Virus record (IMG/VR): IMGVR_UViG_3300033145_003233
Span: 124,001-188,000 of that record
DNA length: 64,000 nt
Reading direction: 5' to 3' (one strand)
Shown: positions 18,948 through 28,697 of the stretch, in pieces
How the letters are laid out: each line of letters begins with the position of its first letter
Position numbering within the stretch: position 1 is the stretch's first letter
The notes under the pieces: model-generated
Databases searched by the model: none
What the model saw: the letters and a program-made list of their open reading frames with translations, nothing else
Told to the model about the DNA's origin: nothing
Program-made: the position numbers and the translations under genes

Positions 18948-19262
18948 CTATTTTGTTTCATTTTTACATTCTTTTAAACATATTTTTCCACAATGTCCTT
19001 TATCACCACTCCATAATATATCTAAAGCATTTTGAGCTTCTATCTCTATCATTTGTAAATGACATCTTGAACAAGGACATGGGTCTTTTGTGCAATCTCC
19101 AAAATGAACATCTGCCCCCTCTAAAAACTGTTGGTATCCGAAATAAGAGGTACAAGCTTTTAAATTATCTATTTCAGACAATTTGCAAAACATAATAAAT
19201 TTTAAGTACTCATACATCTCTTCTCTTGTAAATTTTTTAGTCTTCATTATCATCCCTCTCAA
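18948..19262 (-). CDS. Cys-rich hypothetical protein
   Basis: DVHFGDCTKDPCPCSRC. Confidence 0.7.
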   Translation of the reverse strand: MRGMIMKTKKFTREEMYEYLKFIMFCKLSEIDNLKACTSYFGYQQFLEGADVHFGDCTKDPCPCSRCHLQMIEIEAQNALDILWSGDKGHCGKICLKECKNETK

Positions 19263-19461
19263 TTTCTTCTATTTCTATTATCTTTCCTATTGAGAAATGC
19301 CCCATAGCACAATAACAAGTGGTAGGATCACTTTCTGGAAAATAAAATGCCGCACAATTTTCCCTGCATGTCGCAGTTCTATTATAACAACAAATATCTT
19401 TGTTCTCAGCAACTCCATATACGCCGCCATTGTCTCTATCTATCATTACTCTTCTTGCCAT
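19237..19461 (-). CDS. Cys-rich hypothetical protein
   Basis: CCYNRTATCRENCAAF. Confidence 0.7.
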   Translation of the reverse strand: MARRVMIDRDNGGVYGVAENKDICCYNRTATCRENCAAFYFPESDPTTCYCAMGHFSIGKIIEIEEIERDDNED

Positions 19462-19485
19462 TTTTATTTACTCCTGACTTTGTTT

Positions 19486-19731
19486 TCATATATCCATTAT
19501 CTCAAATCTACTAATCTTTTCTATTTTATCTTGTTCTTCATGAAATATTTTACTTATTGCTTTTTCTATCTCTTTCTTAGATTCTCTATATACAGTAGTA
19601 TCATCAGAGTGCATGAAACTAATCTGAATATGAGCCTCATAATCTTGTATCTCAGCTATATTATTAATATTAATCCAGATCTTATTCTCTCCCCAGTCTG
19701 TCAATTCTATAAAAAATCCCATTCTTCTCAT
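19486..19731 (-). CDS. hypothetical protein, tag SRFEIMDI
   Basis: tag. Confidence 0.78.
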   Translation of the reverse strand: MRRMGFFIELTDWGENKIWININNIAEIQDYEAHIQISFMHSDDTTVYRESKKEIEKAISKIFHEEQDKIEKISRFEIMDI

Positions 19732-20042
19732 GATAAATCCAAAATTTCAAATCTATTAATAATTCCTCTTTTAAGCCGCTTTGCACTTGTCCTTCCTTTA
19801 GCTGGCCCAGCGAGACCCAATATAAAAATTATCTCTTCTTCTATTGCTTCGGCATATTTAGGAATTCTTGTTATATTTTCTAAATGTTCCTCAACCTCTA
19901 AAAAAGAACCTTTGTTATCTTTTTGATAATATAGTTCTCTTTCTACGCTTTCTCTAAGAGCTTTAGCATATAATGCTCTTCCTTTAGCAGTTTTTAATCC
20001 TTCTCTTATTGTATCTCTTTGTTTCTTCGTTAATTTTTTCAT
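19728..20042 (-). CDS. hypothetical protein, tag NRFEILDLS
   Basis: tag. Confidence 0.78.
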   Translation of the reverse strand: MKKLTKKQRDTIREGLKTAKGRALYAKALRESVERELYYQKDNKGSFLEVEEHLENITRIPKYAEAIEEEIIFILGLAGPAKGRTSAKRLKRGIINRFEILDLS

Positions 20043-20260
20043 AAATCCATAATGTCAAATCTATCAATTATTGGTTTAGCATTTTTTTCTGATATATCAT
20101 GTTCTTTCCATAAACCACCTATCAATGCTGCAAGCTCATTATTAATTTTTCTTATCTTTTCTTCGGAGTCGGCATAATTGCAACTAAGAGAAGGATCATT
20201 GTTTATAGCATGTATCATGCTAATATGATTATTTAGTAATTTGCGTTCATCTGGTGTCAT
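20039..20260 (-). CDS. hypothetical protein, tag DRFDIMDL
   Basis: tag. Confidence 0.78.
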   Translation of the reverse strand: MTPDERKLLNNHISMIHAINNDPSLSCNYADSEEKIRKINNELAALIGGLWKEHDISEKNAKPIIDRFDIMDL

Positions 20261-20718
20261 TCTATAACTATATCCAGTTCATTGCCTAAATTTGTATCGT
20301 CCATACTTATATCTAATATATCTGATCTATTTGAGATTTCTTCTGATGGCCCTACTGGAGGCGAAAGCAAGTTATCATTTATCTCTTCTATTGCTTCTTC
20401 TGGAGCAATTGAAAATTGAATCCTTCGTGCAGAATAACTATACGAAATACGCCATTTACTATATATCTCAGCAAGTTTTTCTAATAATATCTTTCTGATT
20501 AAACATGGAATAATATCACAATCTTTAATCTTTTTAGTTGATCTTAATACTGATTTGCTTAATTCTCTTTCTGAGATAGAAACTTTACCATCTTGAATTA
20601 AAGTCAAATAATTTTCTCTTAAGTACTCATCTATAAATGATTCAGACCTCGAGACATATTCTTCTGCTATTTTATTAAACTGATTTTCTTCTAAAAGATC
20701 ATTCGGGGTCAATGACAT
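20257..20718 (-). CDS. ITPxD-family paralog, tag NRSDILDI plus tail
   Basis: MSLTPND..LY..W..F.P; tag. Confidence 0.78.
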   Translation of the reverse strand: MSLTPNDLLEENQFNKIAEEYVSRSESFIDEYLRENYLTLIQDGKVSISERELSKSVLRSTKKIKDCDIIPCLIRKILLEKLAEIYSKWRISYSYSARRIQFSIAPEEAIEEINDNLLSPPVGPSEEISNRSDILDISMDDTNLGNELDIVIE

Positions 20719-21115
20719 TACTATCTCCTAAATCCAATATGTCAGCCCTATTAGTTATTTCACTATCTTTTTTAGTCTCCGATGTAGTTTTTTCGAATTT
20801 TTTTATGGGAGAAAACTCTAATACATATTTAGAACTACCTGGCCCACCATATGTAGGACTTGCTTTTTCCTTTACAACCCAAGCAGGATATAGTTTGCCA
20901 AGAGCATCAATAAATTGTTCCCTAATTAGAACGGGGAATCTAGTATCATATGTACCCAATGTATGACCAATCAAATCTTCTTCCTTGATACGTACAAAAC
21001 CTTCCCTCATAAGTTGACTTGTATGGGTTCTTATATAATTATCTATATATGGCTCCGCCAATATAAGAGCACTATTTAATTTCTCTGATAAAATTTGATC
21101 AGGATCAACCGACAA
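20699..21115 (-). CDS. ITPxD-family paralog, tag NRADILDL
   Basis: family motifs; tag. Confidence 0.78.
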   Translation of the reverse strand: MSVDPDQILSEKLNSALILAEPYIDNYIRTHTSQLMREGFVRIKEEDLIGHTLGTYDTRFPVLIREQFIDALGKLYPAWVVKEKASPTYGGPGSSKYVLEFSPIKKFEKTTSETKKDSEITNRADILDLGDSNVIDPE

Positions 21116-21530
21116 TTCCTTCTCCTAAATCTAATATCTCTGACCTATGCTCTATCTGCTCTTCAGGTTGTAACACTTGCTTTTTCTTCTTAAAATTTTT
21201 GCGGGGAATAAAATCTAATGTATAATCAGGCCCATCACTTATTTTGTTAGTATAATTAGTCACTGTTCCCCTCTTTATCTCCCAATCAGGATATAACCTA
21301 ATAAGCTCCGCTATTAACTCCTCCCTAATTAATACGGGAAGTGAGCGACCATAAGTATCATTGTTAGTATGGAATATATGATGATTAAACGAAACTTCTC
21401 TAAAACGTATAAAGCCTGAGGTTAAAAGAGCAATCTCACAAGAAAGCAATGAATTGTCTATATAAGAGACTACACTATCAAGAGCATCTGAAAATCTTCT
21501 CTTTATAATATCATTAGAAGATACAGGCAT
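21105..21530 (-). CDS. ITPxD-family paralog, tag HRSEILDL
   Basis: start trimmed to MPVSSND; tag. Confidence 0.78.
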   Translation of the reverse strand: MPVSSNDIIKRRFSDALDSVVSYIDNSLLSCEIALLTSGFIRFREVSFNHHIFHTNNDTYGRSLPVLIREELIAELIRLYPDWEIKRGTVTNYTNKISDGPDYTLDFIPRKNFKKKKQVLQPEEQIEHRSEILDLGEGIVG

Positions 21531-21732
21531 TCCCACCACCCATGAAATAAAGAAACTCCACCACATCCCCATCATTAAGGTTTGTAGTATCAAAGCCATC
21601 CCTACGAAGTATCTCTCCATTTAACTCAACAGAGACCATATCAGGCATCTTGACCTTCTGCTCAGTTAATAAACCACTTACACTAATACCATCCTTGCTC
21701 TCTATGTATTCACCATTTACAATAAGATTCAT
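21514..21732 (-). CDS. thiS: ThiS/MoaD-family ubiquitin-like sulfur carrier with extension after GG
   Basis: VNGE...VSVELNGEI...GDVVEFLYFMGGG then NACIF. Confidence 0.85.
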   Translation of the reverse strand: MNLIVNGEYIESKDGISVSGLLTEQKVKMPDMVSVELNGEILRRDGFDTTNLNDGDVVEFLYFMGGGNACIF

Positions 21733-22091
21733 GATAAGTCCAAAATTTCAAATCTGCTGATTATAGGTTCCATATAAGTTGCTGTTATAGCATCCACTCT
21801 AGTATCCATTTCTCTAAAATCAAGAATAAGTATGATGTCATTAACATTATTTATTTGACGAAGAGAACAGGCGTAAAATTTACTGTCAATAATAAACCAT
21901 GCTGTACCTAATTCTAATTTAAATATTTCTGAATCCCTTCCAATCCCATAAAATTTATAATATCTTCCTGCACCACCATCGGTTATTAGCCATGGATCTC
22001 CCCTCTCCATATCAAATGTATTGACATTATCTCCCTGATAAACTTTGAGCCGTTGTTGAAGAATTCGTTCTATAATTATCTCATGAGTCAT
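21729..22091 (-). CDS. hypothetical protein, tag SRFEILDLS
   Basis: tag. Confidence 0.78.
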   Translation of the reverse strand: MTHEIIIERILQQRLKVYQGDNVNTFDMERGDPWLITDGGAGRYYKFYGIGRDSEIFKLELGTAWFIIDSKFYACSLRQINNVNDIILILDFREMDTRVDAITATYMEPIISRFEILDLS

Positions 22092-22094
22092 TAC

Positions 22095-22511
22095 TTACCA
22101 TTCTCCATCTGAATCTTCTAAATCTAACAATTCCGACCTATTCTCTACAGGAGCTACAGTCTCCTCTACAGAAGCAACTTCTTCAACTACTTGCTCCCTT
22201 GCTTGAGGATAAAATGCAAAAAAGCATTCACAGTTGCTTGATTGCATTTCTTCTACTATTTTCCAATCGGGATATAAAGGACTAAGACCTGAGAGCACAC
22301 CCAACCTAATAACTTTTGGAAAGTTTTTTTTCTGGCGGAATAAATGAGCATTTAACTTGTGCTCAGAAATCTTTACATATCCCTTCTCTAAAAAACTGTC
22401 ATATCTCGATAGCAATTGAGCATCTATATATATCTCTAACTTTTTGATATACTCATCCATCTTCTTTTGAAATCCATTCCTTTTCATAATCTCTTGTGGG
22501 GAAACTCCCAT
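22095..22511 (-). CDS. ITPxD-family paralog, tag NRSELLDL
   Basis: LYPDW; tag. Confidence 0.78.
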   Translation of the reverse strand: MGVSPQEIMKRNGFQKKMDEYIKKLEIYIDAQLLSRYDSFLEKGYVKISEHKLNAHLFRQKKNFPKVIRLGVLSGLSPLYPDWKIVEEMQSSNCECFFAFYPQAREQVVEEVASVEETVAPVENRSELLDLEDSDGEW

Positions 22512-22933
22512 TATTTATCTCCTAAATCTAATATCTCAGACCTATTCTCTATCTCAGACTCTCCTATATCTACGGTAGTAGGGGGAACAGGAGCAACAGG
22601 TGCTTCTATAACTACTTCTGCTCCCGCATTAGGAGTAAACTTTACCCAAGGTTCTGCTCTGTCAATCTCCCAATATATCGTCCAATCAAAATATAAATTA
22701 CTAATAATGGGGAATAAAGAGTTCCTAAGCAATGCAGGAATCTTTTTCCCCTTCTCTAAAAATTTCTTAGGTAGAAAATCTTTCTCAGATATAGCTATAT
22801 TTCCATCATTAATAAGTTCCTGATAATGAGAACTTATATAAGAGTCGATGCCTTGCTCGGCCGCTATAGCACACTCTTGTACTAAAGCTTCAAAATTATT
22901 ATCTATTAAAACTTGACCTGGAGAAATAGCCAT
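22511..22933 (-). CDS. ITPxD-family paralog, tag NRSEILDL
   Basis: LYFDW; tag. Confidence 0.78.
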   Translation of the reverse strand: MAISPGQVLIDNNFEALVQECAIAAEQGIDSYISSHYQELINDGNIAISEKDFLPKKFLEKGKKIPALLRNSLFPIISNLYFDWTIYWEIDRAEPWVKFTPNAGAEVVIEAPVAPVPPTTVDIGESEIENRSEILDLGDK

Positions 22934-23235
22934 TATTCATTTCCTAAATCTAAAATTTCAAATCTGTTATCTATTGAATTAAATATTGCTTCTTCTACTA
23001 ATTCTTCTATCATCTCATCACTCCAAATCCAACCAATCTCTACCATAGAATAACGAACACCCTCATTGCAAATACCTTTTATTGTAAGAATTCTATTAGA
23101 AATTGATTTTAATGCTTCTTCCATATCAGTTACAAAACGCCCTGGAATTGCAATAGCAAGGCCTGTACTGTCAAACTCCTTTGCCATGTCTACCCATGTC
23201 TTTATCTTTACTCTATCTCCTACTTTATATTTCAT
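22933..23235 (-). CDS. MKYKVGD (SH3/KOW-like) paralog, tag NRFEILDL
   Basis: KVGDRVKIKTW..RILTI..WSDEMIE. Confidence 0.8.
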   Translation of the reverse strand: MKYKVGDRVKIKTWVDMAKEFDSTGLAIAIPGRFVTDMEEALKSISNRILTIKGICNEGVRYSMVEIGWIWSDEMIEELVEEAIFNSIDNRFEILDLGNE

Positions 23236-23519
23236 ATATCTAAGATCTCAAATCTGTTATCTATTTCTTCTGCTAATCCCTCTCCTTCAAATCCTTCTAT
23301 CATCTCATCACCCCATTCATTGTCAGTTCCTTCCATGCGATAAGAATGATCCCCAATATATTGTATTGTAAGAATTCTATCAGGGAGGGATTCTAATAAT
23401 ATTTCCATACAAGTTGTAAAGGATAATGGCACTGCAATAGAAGAACCTTTAAGACCAAATTCTTTCTTCATGTCTACCCATGTTTTTATTTTTACTCTAT
23501 CTCCTATTTTATATCTCAT
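23232..23519 (-). CDS. MKYKVGD paralog, tag NRFEILDI
   Basis: same motifs. Confidence 0.8.
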   Translation of the reverse strand: MRYKIGDRVKIKTWVDMKKEFGLKGSSIAVPLSFTTCMEILLESLPDRILTIQYIGDHSYRMEGTDNEWGDEMIEGFEGEGLAEEIDNRFEILDI

Positions 23520-23815
23520 ATGTCTAAGATCTCAAATCTGTTACCTATTGGTTCGGGCATCTTTATTTCTTTTGCTAATCCCTCTATCATATCGTCAGTC
23601 CATCTCCAATCAATATCTTCCATATAATAATATCCTTTTTCAATGCTTTTTATTATAAGAATCCTGTCAGAATTTAAGTCGCTTTCCATTCTGCTTGTAA
23701 AATTGCCTGATGTTGCAAGAACCCAATCATCTGGCCTGTCCCACCTGTGCCCGAACTCTGCCAGCATCGCTTCCCATGCTTTTATCTTTACCTCGTCTCC
23801 TACTTTGTATTTCAT
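23516..23815 (-). CDS. MKYKVGD paralog, tag NRFEILDI
   Basis: same motifs. Confidence 0.8.
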   Translation of the reverse strand: MKYKVGDEVKIKAWEAMLAEFGHRWDRPDDWVLATSGNFTSRMESDLNSDRILIIKSIEKGYYYMEDIDWRWTDDMIEGLAKEIKMPEPIGNRFEILDI

Positions 23816-24105
23816 ATGTCTAAGATCTCAAATCTGTTATCTATTGGTTCTATTGTCTTTATGTCTTTTGCTAATCCCTCTATCATATCATCAGTCCAAG
23901 ACCAACGAACATTTTCCATCTCATAAAAATCTTCTTTAACTTTTCGTATTATAAGAATCCTGTCAGAATTTAATGATTTTTCCATGTCAGTTATAAAAGT
24001 TTTTGATACTTTAAGAACCCGATCTTCTCCTGGCTGACACCCAAACTCTGCTTTCATCTCTTTCCATGTTTTTATCTTTACCTCGTCTTCTACTTTGTAT
24101 TTCAT
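23812..24105 (-). CDS. MKYKVGD paralog, tag NRFEILDI
   Basis: same motifs. Confidence 0.8.
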   Translation of the reverse strand: MKYKVEDEVKIKTWKEMKAEFGCQPGEDRVLKVSKTFITDMEKSLNSDRILIIRKVKEDFYEMENVRWSWTDDMIEGLAKDIKTIEPIDNRFEILDI

Positions 24106-24326
24106 ATGTCTAAGATCTCAAATCTACTTTCAATTATATCTTCAGAATTTAATCTCTTTGGATTATCATAATCTAAATGACCATACTCCCTATAAAACGA
24201 GGCAGCAGTACATTGCCATTTATTATAATAGTTACATTCAGGCAATCCATCATGGCCAGGTAATTTACAAAGTGTTTTTTTCTCAAATTCACACTCTCTA
24301 CTCATTTTGCCATAAGATTCCTTCAT
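24102..24326 (-). CDS. Cys-rich protein, tag SRFEILDI
   Basis: tag. Confidence 0.78.
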   Translation of the reverse strand: MKESYGKMSRECEFEKKTLCKLPGHDGLPECNYYNKWQCTAASFYREYGHLDYDNPKRLNSEDIIESRFEILDI

Positions 24327-24730
24327 TGCTCATCACCTAAATCCAATATCTCTGCTCTATTCGTGATAACCTCATCAGGAGTTATTTCTTTCTGAACTCC
24401 CTCACCCACACTAGTACCTAATTCTTCTCTATAATTTATCTTAACTTTAGGAGATAATGCCAAATATTGAGAACCAACCGCGAATTTTAAATTCCAGCTT
24501 TTATATATTTTTCGCAATGGAACCATAAGATCATTTTCTGCAAAACCATGACTAGATTCAGTAAGTAGTTTCCATGGAATCCATACATAATTTAATTTAC
24601 ATATCTGCTCTTGTTCATCTACTATGTACCCGTTGATTATTGTTATACATGCACCAACAGCAGCTTCTAACCTTTTTTTCTGCTTACCGATATAAGCTAT
24701 CTTAATATCTTCTGGAGTTATCTCTTCCAC
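24323..24730 (-). CDS. ITPxD-family paralog, tag NRAEILDL
   Basis: MEEITPEDI; tag. Confidence 0.8.
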   Translation of the reverse strand: MEEITPEDIKIAYIGKQKKRLEAAVGACITIINGYIVDEQEQICKLNYVWIPWKLLTESSHGFAENDLMVPLRKIYKSWNLKFAVGSQYLALSPKVKINYREELGTSVGEGVQKEITPDEVITNRAEILDLGDEQ

Positions 24731-24731
24731 A

Positions 24732-25127
24732 CTAATCCTCTAAATCCAATATCTCTGCCCTATGCTCTATCACTTCATTAGGAGCAACAGACTTATTTTT
24801 CTTCTTAATCTGACCAATATTTAAACTAAGCTCATCACTTATTTTTTTGCGGGAAGAAAAACGAATGTGTAATCCATCTTTTCTAATCTCCCAAGCAGTA
24901 TATATCTCTTTTAAGTATTTAAGTATGTCATCATATTCCCTGTTGTTTTCATAATTGATATGGTCACTAGTGATAAAATAGATATATCCATCTCTACATA
25001 TTTGTTCACATCTTTCTAATAATGCATCGTTAAGAGATTCTATAGCTGATTCTATCTTTATTTTTAGTTGCTCTCCATATGTCTCTATATATTTTTTTCT
25101 TACATCATCTGGTGTTATGCCATCCAT
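24732..25127 (-). CDS. ITPxD-family paralog, tag HRAEILDL
   Basis: MDGITPDDV; tag. Confidence 0.8.
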   Translation of the reverse strand: MDGITPDDVRKKYIETYGEQLKIKIESAIESLNDALLERCEQICRDGYIYFITSDHINYENNREYDDILKYLKEIYTAWEIRKDGLHIRFSSRKKISDELSLNIGQIKKKNKSVAPNEVIEHRAEILDLED

Positions 25128-25128
25128 G

Positions 25129-25590
25129 CTATTCCCCTAAATCCAATAACTCAGATCTATTCTCTACTGGACTATCCCTAACAACAATCTCAACCTCACT
25201 ACAATTAGGTTCTTTTTCTTCTTCCGATTTTTCTTCTAAAGTATTATCAAAAGGAGTCTTTGGCCTAAATCTAAAATAATAGTTAGATCCATAATTAGAT
25301 TCAACTATCCAACTAGTAAAAGTATCTTGTACGGCTTTTTTTATGAATTTCCAATTATAACCTAAATTTATCTCTTCTTTTATAAAGGACCGTTTAGGAA
25401 AAATAGATGATTGGTATATATCAATATAACCATCTAATATTAATTGACTCTTATCTTTTGATAATGTTTTATTAATTATCTGTATAGCATGGTTAATAAG
25501 ATTCTCTATTTTTGTCTTATTTACTTTTATATATTGATTTCTAATCATATCAGGTGTTATTTCTTCTTTATTATCACTCCAAACTTTCAT
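25129..25590 (-). CDS. ITPxD-family paralog, tag NRSELLDL
   Basis: start trimmed to MKVWS; EEITPDMI; tag. Confidence 0.78.
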   Translation of the reverse strand: MKVWSDNKEEITPDMIRNQYIKVNKTKIENLINHAIQIINKTLSKDKSQLILDGYIDIYQSSIFPKRSFIKEEINLGYNWKFIKKAVQDTFTSWIVESNYGSNYYFRFRPKTPFDNTLEEKSEEEKEPNCSEVEIVVRDSPVENRSELLDLGE

Positions 25591-25591
25591 A

Positions 25592-25777
25592 TCAACTTTC
25601 CAAAACCTTCTTAATCTTCTCTGCCATGTCCATACCAAGCTCTCTAGTCGCATAGTCTATTATTGCAATATTACATATTGCATTCTTAGAGGAATCTTTA
25701 CATACAACCCATATAGGACGGTCTTTTAACATTCCCGAACCTTTCCATGGCTCTATTTCAACTTTTTCTGTTTTCAT
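25592..25777 (-). CDS. hypothetical protein (untagged)
   Basis: coupled ORF. Confidence 0.65.
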   Translation of the reverse strand: MKTEKVEIEPWKGSGMLKDRPIWVVCKDSSKNAICNIAIIDYATRELGMDMAEKIKKVLES

Positions 25778-26145
25778 TCTCTTAAATCCAATATTTCTGA
25801 CCTATTTTGAACTTTCTCAATTTCTTCTTCTATATCTGAAGAACTGACAGGTTTATCGTCTCTCATAACTTCATTTAAATGAATTTTTAACCCTTCTTTT
25901 AATGTAAAGAGGAGTTTTCCATCATCTTTTGTAACTTCCCAATCTTCATATATTGCATTTAAAGCCTTTATAAGAATTTCAAGATCATTATCATATTTAT
26001 AAGAAATATGACAGCGACCTGTTTGACCTACCTTTTTATAATTAGCCAATAATGTTTTATTAATAACTGTCATGGCCTTTTGTACTTCTTGACCTATAAA
26101 TTCTGTAAATTTTTCTTTAATATCATCTGATGTTACGGGTTTCAT
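25774..26145 (-). CDS. ITPxD-family paralog, tag NRSEILDL
   Basis: PVTSDDI; tag. Confidence 0.8.
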   Translation of the reverse strand: MKPVTSDDIKEKFTEFIGQEVQKAMTVINKTLLANYKKVGQTGRCHISYKYDNDLEILIKALNAIYEDWEVTKDDGKLLFTLKEGLKIHLNEVMRDDKPVSSSDIEEEIEKVQNRSEILDLRE

Positions 26146-26146
26146 A

Positions 26147-26524
26147 CTAAGTCCCTAAATCCAAAATTTCTGCTCTATTATCTATAATATCGTCAGTACT
26201 TACCGGCTTATTTTCTCCTTTAATCTTAACTGAATCTAATTTAATCTCATCTATAGAATCCTTAGCAGAAAAAGTCATAGAAAGACCATTCTTAGTGATA
26301 TTCCAATCAGCATATATCTTTTGTAAATATTCAATAATAGTGTAAATTTCTGTGCTATTAGCATATTCCATTCCACTAATAGGAATATTAACATAACCTT
26401 TCTGACAGATTAATCTATAATTAGCTAATAATGCCTTATTGAAATAAGCTACTGCTATACCAACCTTCTTCTCTAAATCAGCTTTATATGTATCTTTGAT
26501 AGTTTTAATAGTCATACCTTCCAT
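26147..26524 (-). CDS. ITPxD-family paralog, tag NRAEILDL
   Basis: IYADW; tag. Confidence 0.8.
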   Translation of the reverse strand: MEGMTIKTIKDTYKADLEKKVGIAVAYFNKALLANYRLICQKGYVNIPISGMEYANSTEIYTIIEYLQKIYADWNITKNGLSMTFSAKDSIDEIKLDSVKIKGENKPVSTDDIIDNRAEILDLGT

Positions 26525-26979
26525 TATATATCCAATATCTCTGACCTATTATCTATTGAACTATCAACAACAACTTCTTCTTTTTTCTTTTTTTCCGATT
26601 TTTTATCTAATTTCATAGTGAAATCAGAGCCAGGATGAAATCTAAAGTAATATTCTCCACCAGCTCTATTAGATTCTATATTCCAACTTGTAAAAATATC
26701 CTGTACAGCTTTATTTATAAATTGCCAAGTATTTTTTAAATCTAATCTTTTTCCATCAAAGGATTTATTTGGGAAAATATGTTTTTGGCCTACATCAATA
26801 CTGCCACTCTCTATTAATTCTTTAGTTCCTGCTGATAGCTTTCCATTAATTATTTGTACAGTGTGACGAATAAGATTTTGTATCTTTATATCGTTTTTAT
26901 TTATATACTTATTTCTAAGCATATCGGGAGTTATCTCTTCTTCACTATCACTCCATGTTTCTTGAGGTTCACATCTCAT
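26524..26979 (-). CDS. ITPxD-family paralog, tag NRSEILDI
   Basis: EEITPDML; tag. Confidence 0.8.
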   Translation of the reverse strand: MRCEPQETWSDSEEEITPDMLRNKYINKNDIKIQNLIRHTVQIINGKLSAGTKELIESGSIDVGQKHIFPNKSFDGKRLDLKNTWQFINKAVQDIFTSWNIESNRAGGEYYFRFHPGSDFTMKLDKKSEKKKKEEVVVDSSIDNRSEILDI

Positions 26980-26980
26980 C

Positions 26981-27432
26981 TTATTTCTCTAAATCTAACA
27001 ACTCTGACCTACTATCTATCGAAATATCAATAACATCAACTTTTTTTCTTTTGATTTTTTATCCAATGTTGTATCAAGAGGGGTTCTTGCTCTAAAGTTT
27101 AAAGATCTAGTCCGATCAACAATAGATTCAACATTCCAATTTGTAAAAGTGTTCTGTACGGCTCTAACTATAAATACCCAAGTACTGATTAAATCTATTT
27201 CATCTTTTTTAAACATAGGTTCAGGAAAAATAAATTCTTGATTTATTTTAATGCTGTTATTTTTCATTAGGTCTACAGACCCCTGTGATAAACCTTTATT
27301 AACCATTTGTATAGTATGACTAATAAGCTTTTTTATTTTTTCTGAGTTACGCTTTAAATACTCATCTCTGAGCATCTCAGGTATTATCTCTTCTTTATTT
27401 TTACTCCATGTGTTTTGAGGTTCACATCTCAT
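26981..27432 (-). pseudogene. ITPxD-family paralog frameshifted in an A7 run before tag SRSELLDLEK
   Basis: one extra A at 27041-27047 restores VDVIDISIDSRSELLDLEK*. Confidence 0.75.
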
Positions 27433-27433
27433 C

Positions 27434-27895
27434 TTATTTCTCTAAATCTAACAACTCTGACCTGTTCTCTATTGCCTCTCCAGGGACTATTGCCTCTTCT
27501 TTCGCTTCTAATTCTATTTTTATGTTTTTATCAATAAGTTCTTTGGGAGAAAATTTAAAATGAGGGTTTGCTTTATTCTTAACCAGCTTTACGTCCCATT
27601 CTGTGAAAACTCCATAAATAGTTACATAAATAAAATCTATTCTTTCAGATTTTTTCGAAAAATTCCAATTCTTTCCATTTATAGTGATTCTATCAATAAA
27701 AACCTCGTCCCATAAAGAAGCAAAAGTATCTTTATATACTATGATAATAGTGCCATCTTTAACAATAGAATCACTATGATATTTTAAATCTTCATTAACG
27801 ATTTTTATAGTTGAAGAAATAACCTTCTCTATTACAGAAATATGTTTATCCTTATATCCATTCAGGATGTTCTCTGGAGTTATAGGCTCTTCCAT
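27434..27895 (-). CDS. ITPxD-family paralog, tag NRSELLDL
   Basis: EPITPENI; tag. Confidence 0.8.
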   Translation of the reverse strand: MEEPITPENILNGYKDKHISVIEKVISSTIKIVNEDLKYHSDSIVKDGTIIIVYKDTFASLWDEVFIDRITINGKNWNFSKKSERIDFIYVTIYGVFTEWDVKLVKNKANPHFKFSPKELIDKNIKIELEAKEEAIVPGEAIENRSELLDLEK

Positions 27896-28071
27896 TAGTT
27901 ACTCTTCCGCAAATGGAAGGTTCATCCATTCTTCAAAACATTTTGCTTTGCAAAAATCTTTCTTATGGAATCTATCAGGCAATGTTATTCCACTCCTATT
28001 ACCAAGATATCCTTCTAATTTTATTCTTTCTTCCCCACAAATTTCTCCACAAAAATCACATTTTATAATAA

Positions 28072-28275
28072 TCATTTTTCTCCTCCTAAATCTAAAATAT
28101 CTATTCTACTCTCTATCCCTTCATCGAGAATTTCTTCTATTTTCTCTAATTGAGAAAACTGAACGACTTGGAACTTTTTTTGACAATGATCACAAATCTG
28201 TTCACCTGAGATGTCTTTTACCATTTTAAGTTTCTTATCACAATGAGGGCATATCTTACTATATAAATATTCCAT
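28072..28275 (-). CDS. CxxC protein, tag SRIDILDL
   Basis: CPHC/CDHC; tag. Confidence 0.78.
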   Translation of the reverse strand: MEYLYSKICPHCDKKLKMVKDISGEQICDHCQKKFQVVQFSQLEKIEEILDEGIESRIDILDLGGEK

Positions 28276-28697
28276 TACTTTTCTCCCAAATCTAAAATCT
28301 CTGCTCTGTTATTTATAATATCGTTAAGAGTTACTTCTTTCTTCTGTTTCTTGTTAAAATCTACTCGTATTTCTATATCAATAGGAGTTTTAGGTCTAAA
28401 ACAAAAATAGTGACCTCCAGAATAGAAATAAGAACTTACTTTCCAATTCTTATAAAATTTACGTACGTTGTCCGCCAAAACCGTCCATCTACTTTCAATA
28501 GCTTTTGCACAGAATCCATCATTATCAAGATCTCCTCTGGCCTTCACATAAACAAAGCCATCATCTACTATCGCTTGATATCTCTCTTTTAATAATTTGT
28601 TTATAATATCTATAGAATAGGAAACGAGATTTTCCATTATCGGGGTTTCTTTGTCTATATATAATTCTTTAATATTTTCTGGTGTTACTTCTTCCAT
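28275..28697 (-). CDS. ITPxD-family paralog, tag NRAEILDL
   Basis: EEVTPENI; tag. Confidence 0.8.
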   Translation of the reverse strand: MEEVTPENIKELYIDKETPIMENLVSYSIDIINKLLKERYQAIVDDGFVYVKARGDLDNDGFCAKAIESRWTVLADNVRKFYKNWKVSSYFYSGGHYFCFRPKTPIDIEIRVDFNKKQKKEVTLNDIINNRAEILDLGEK

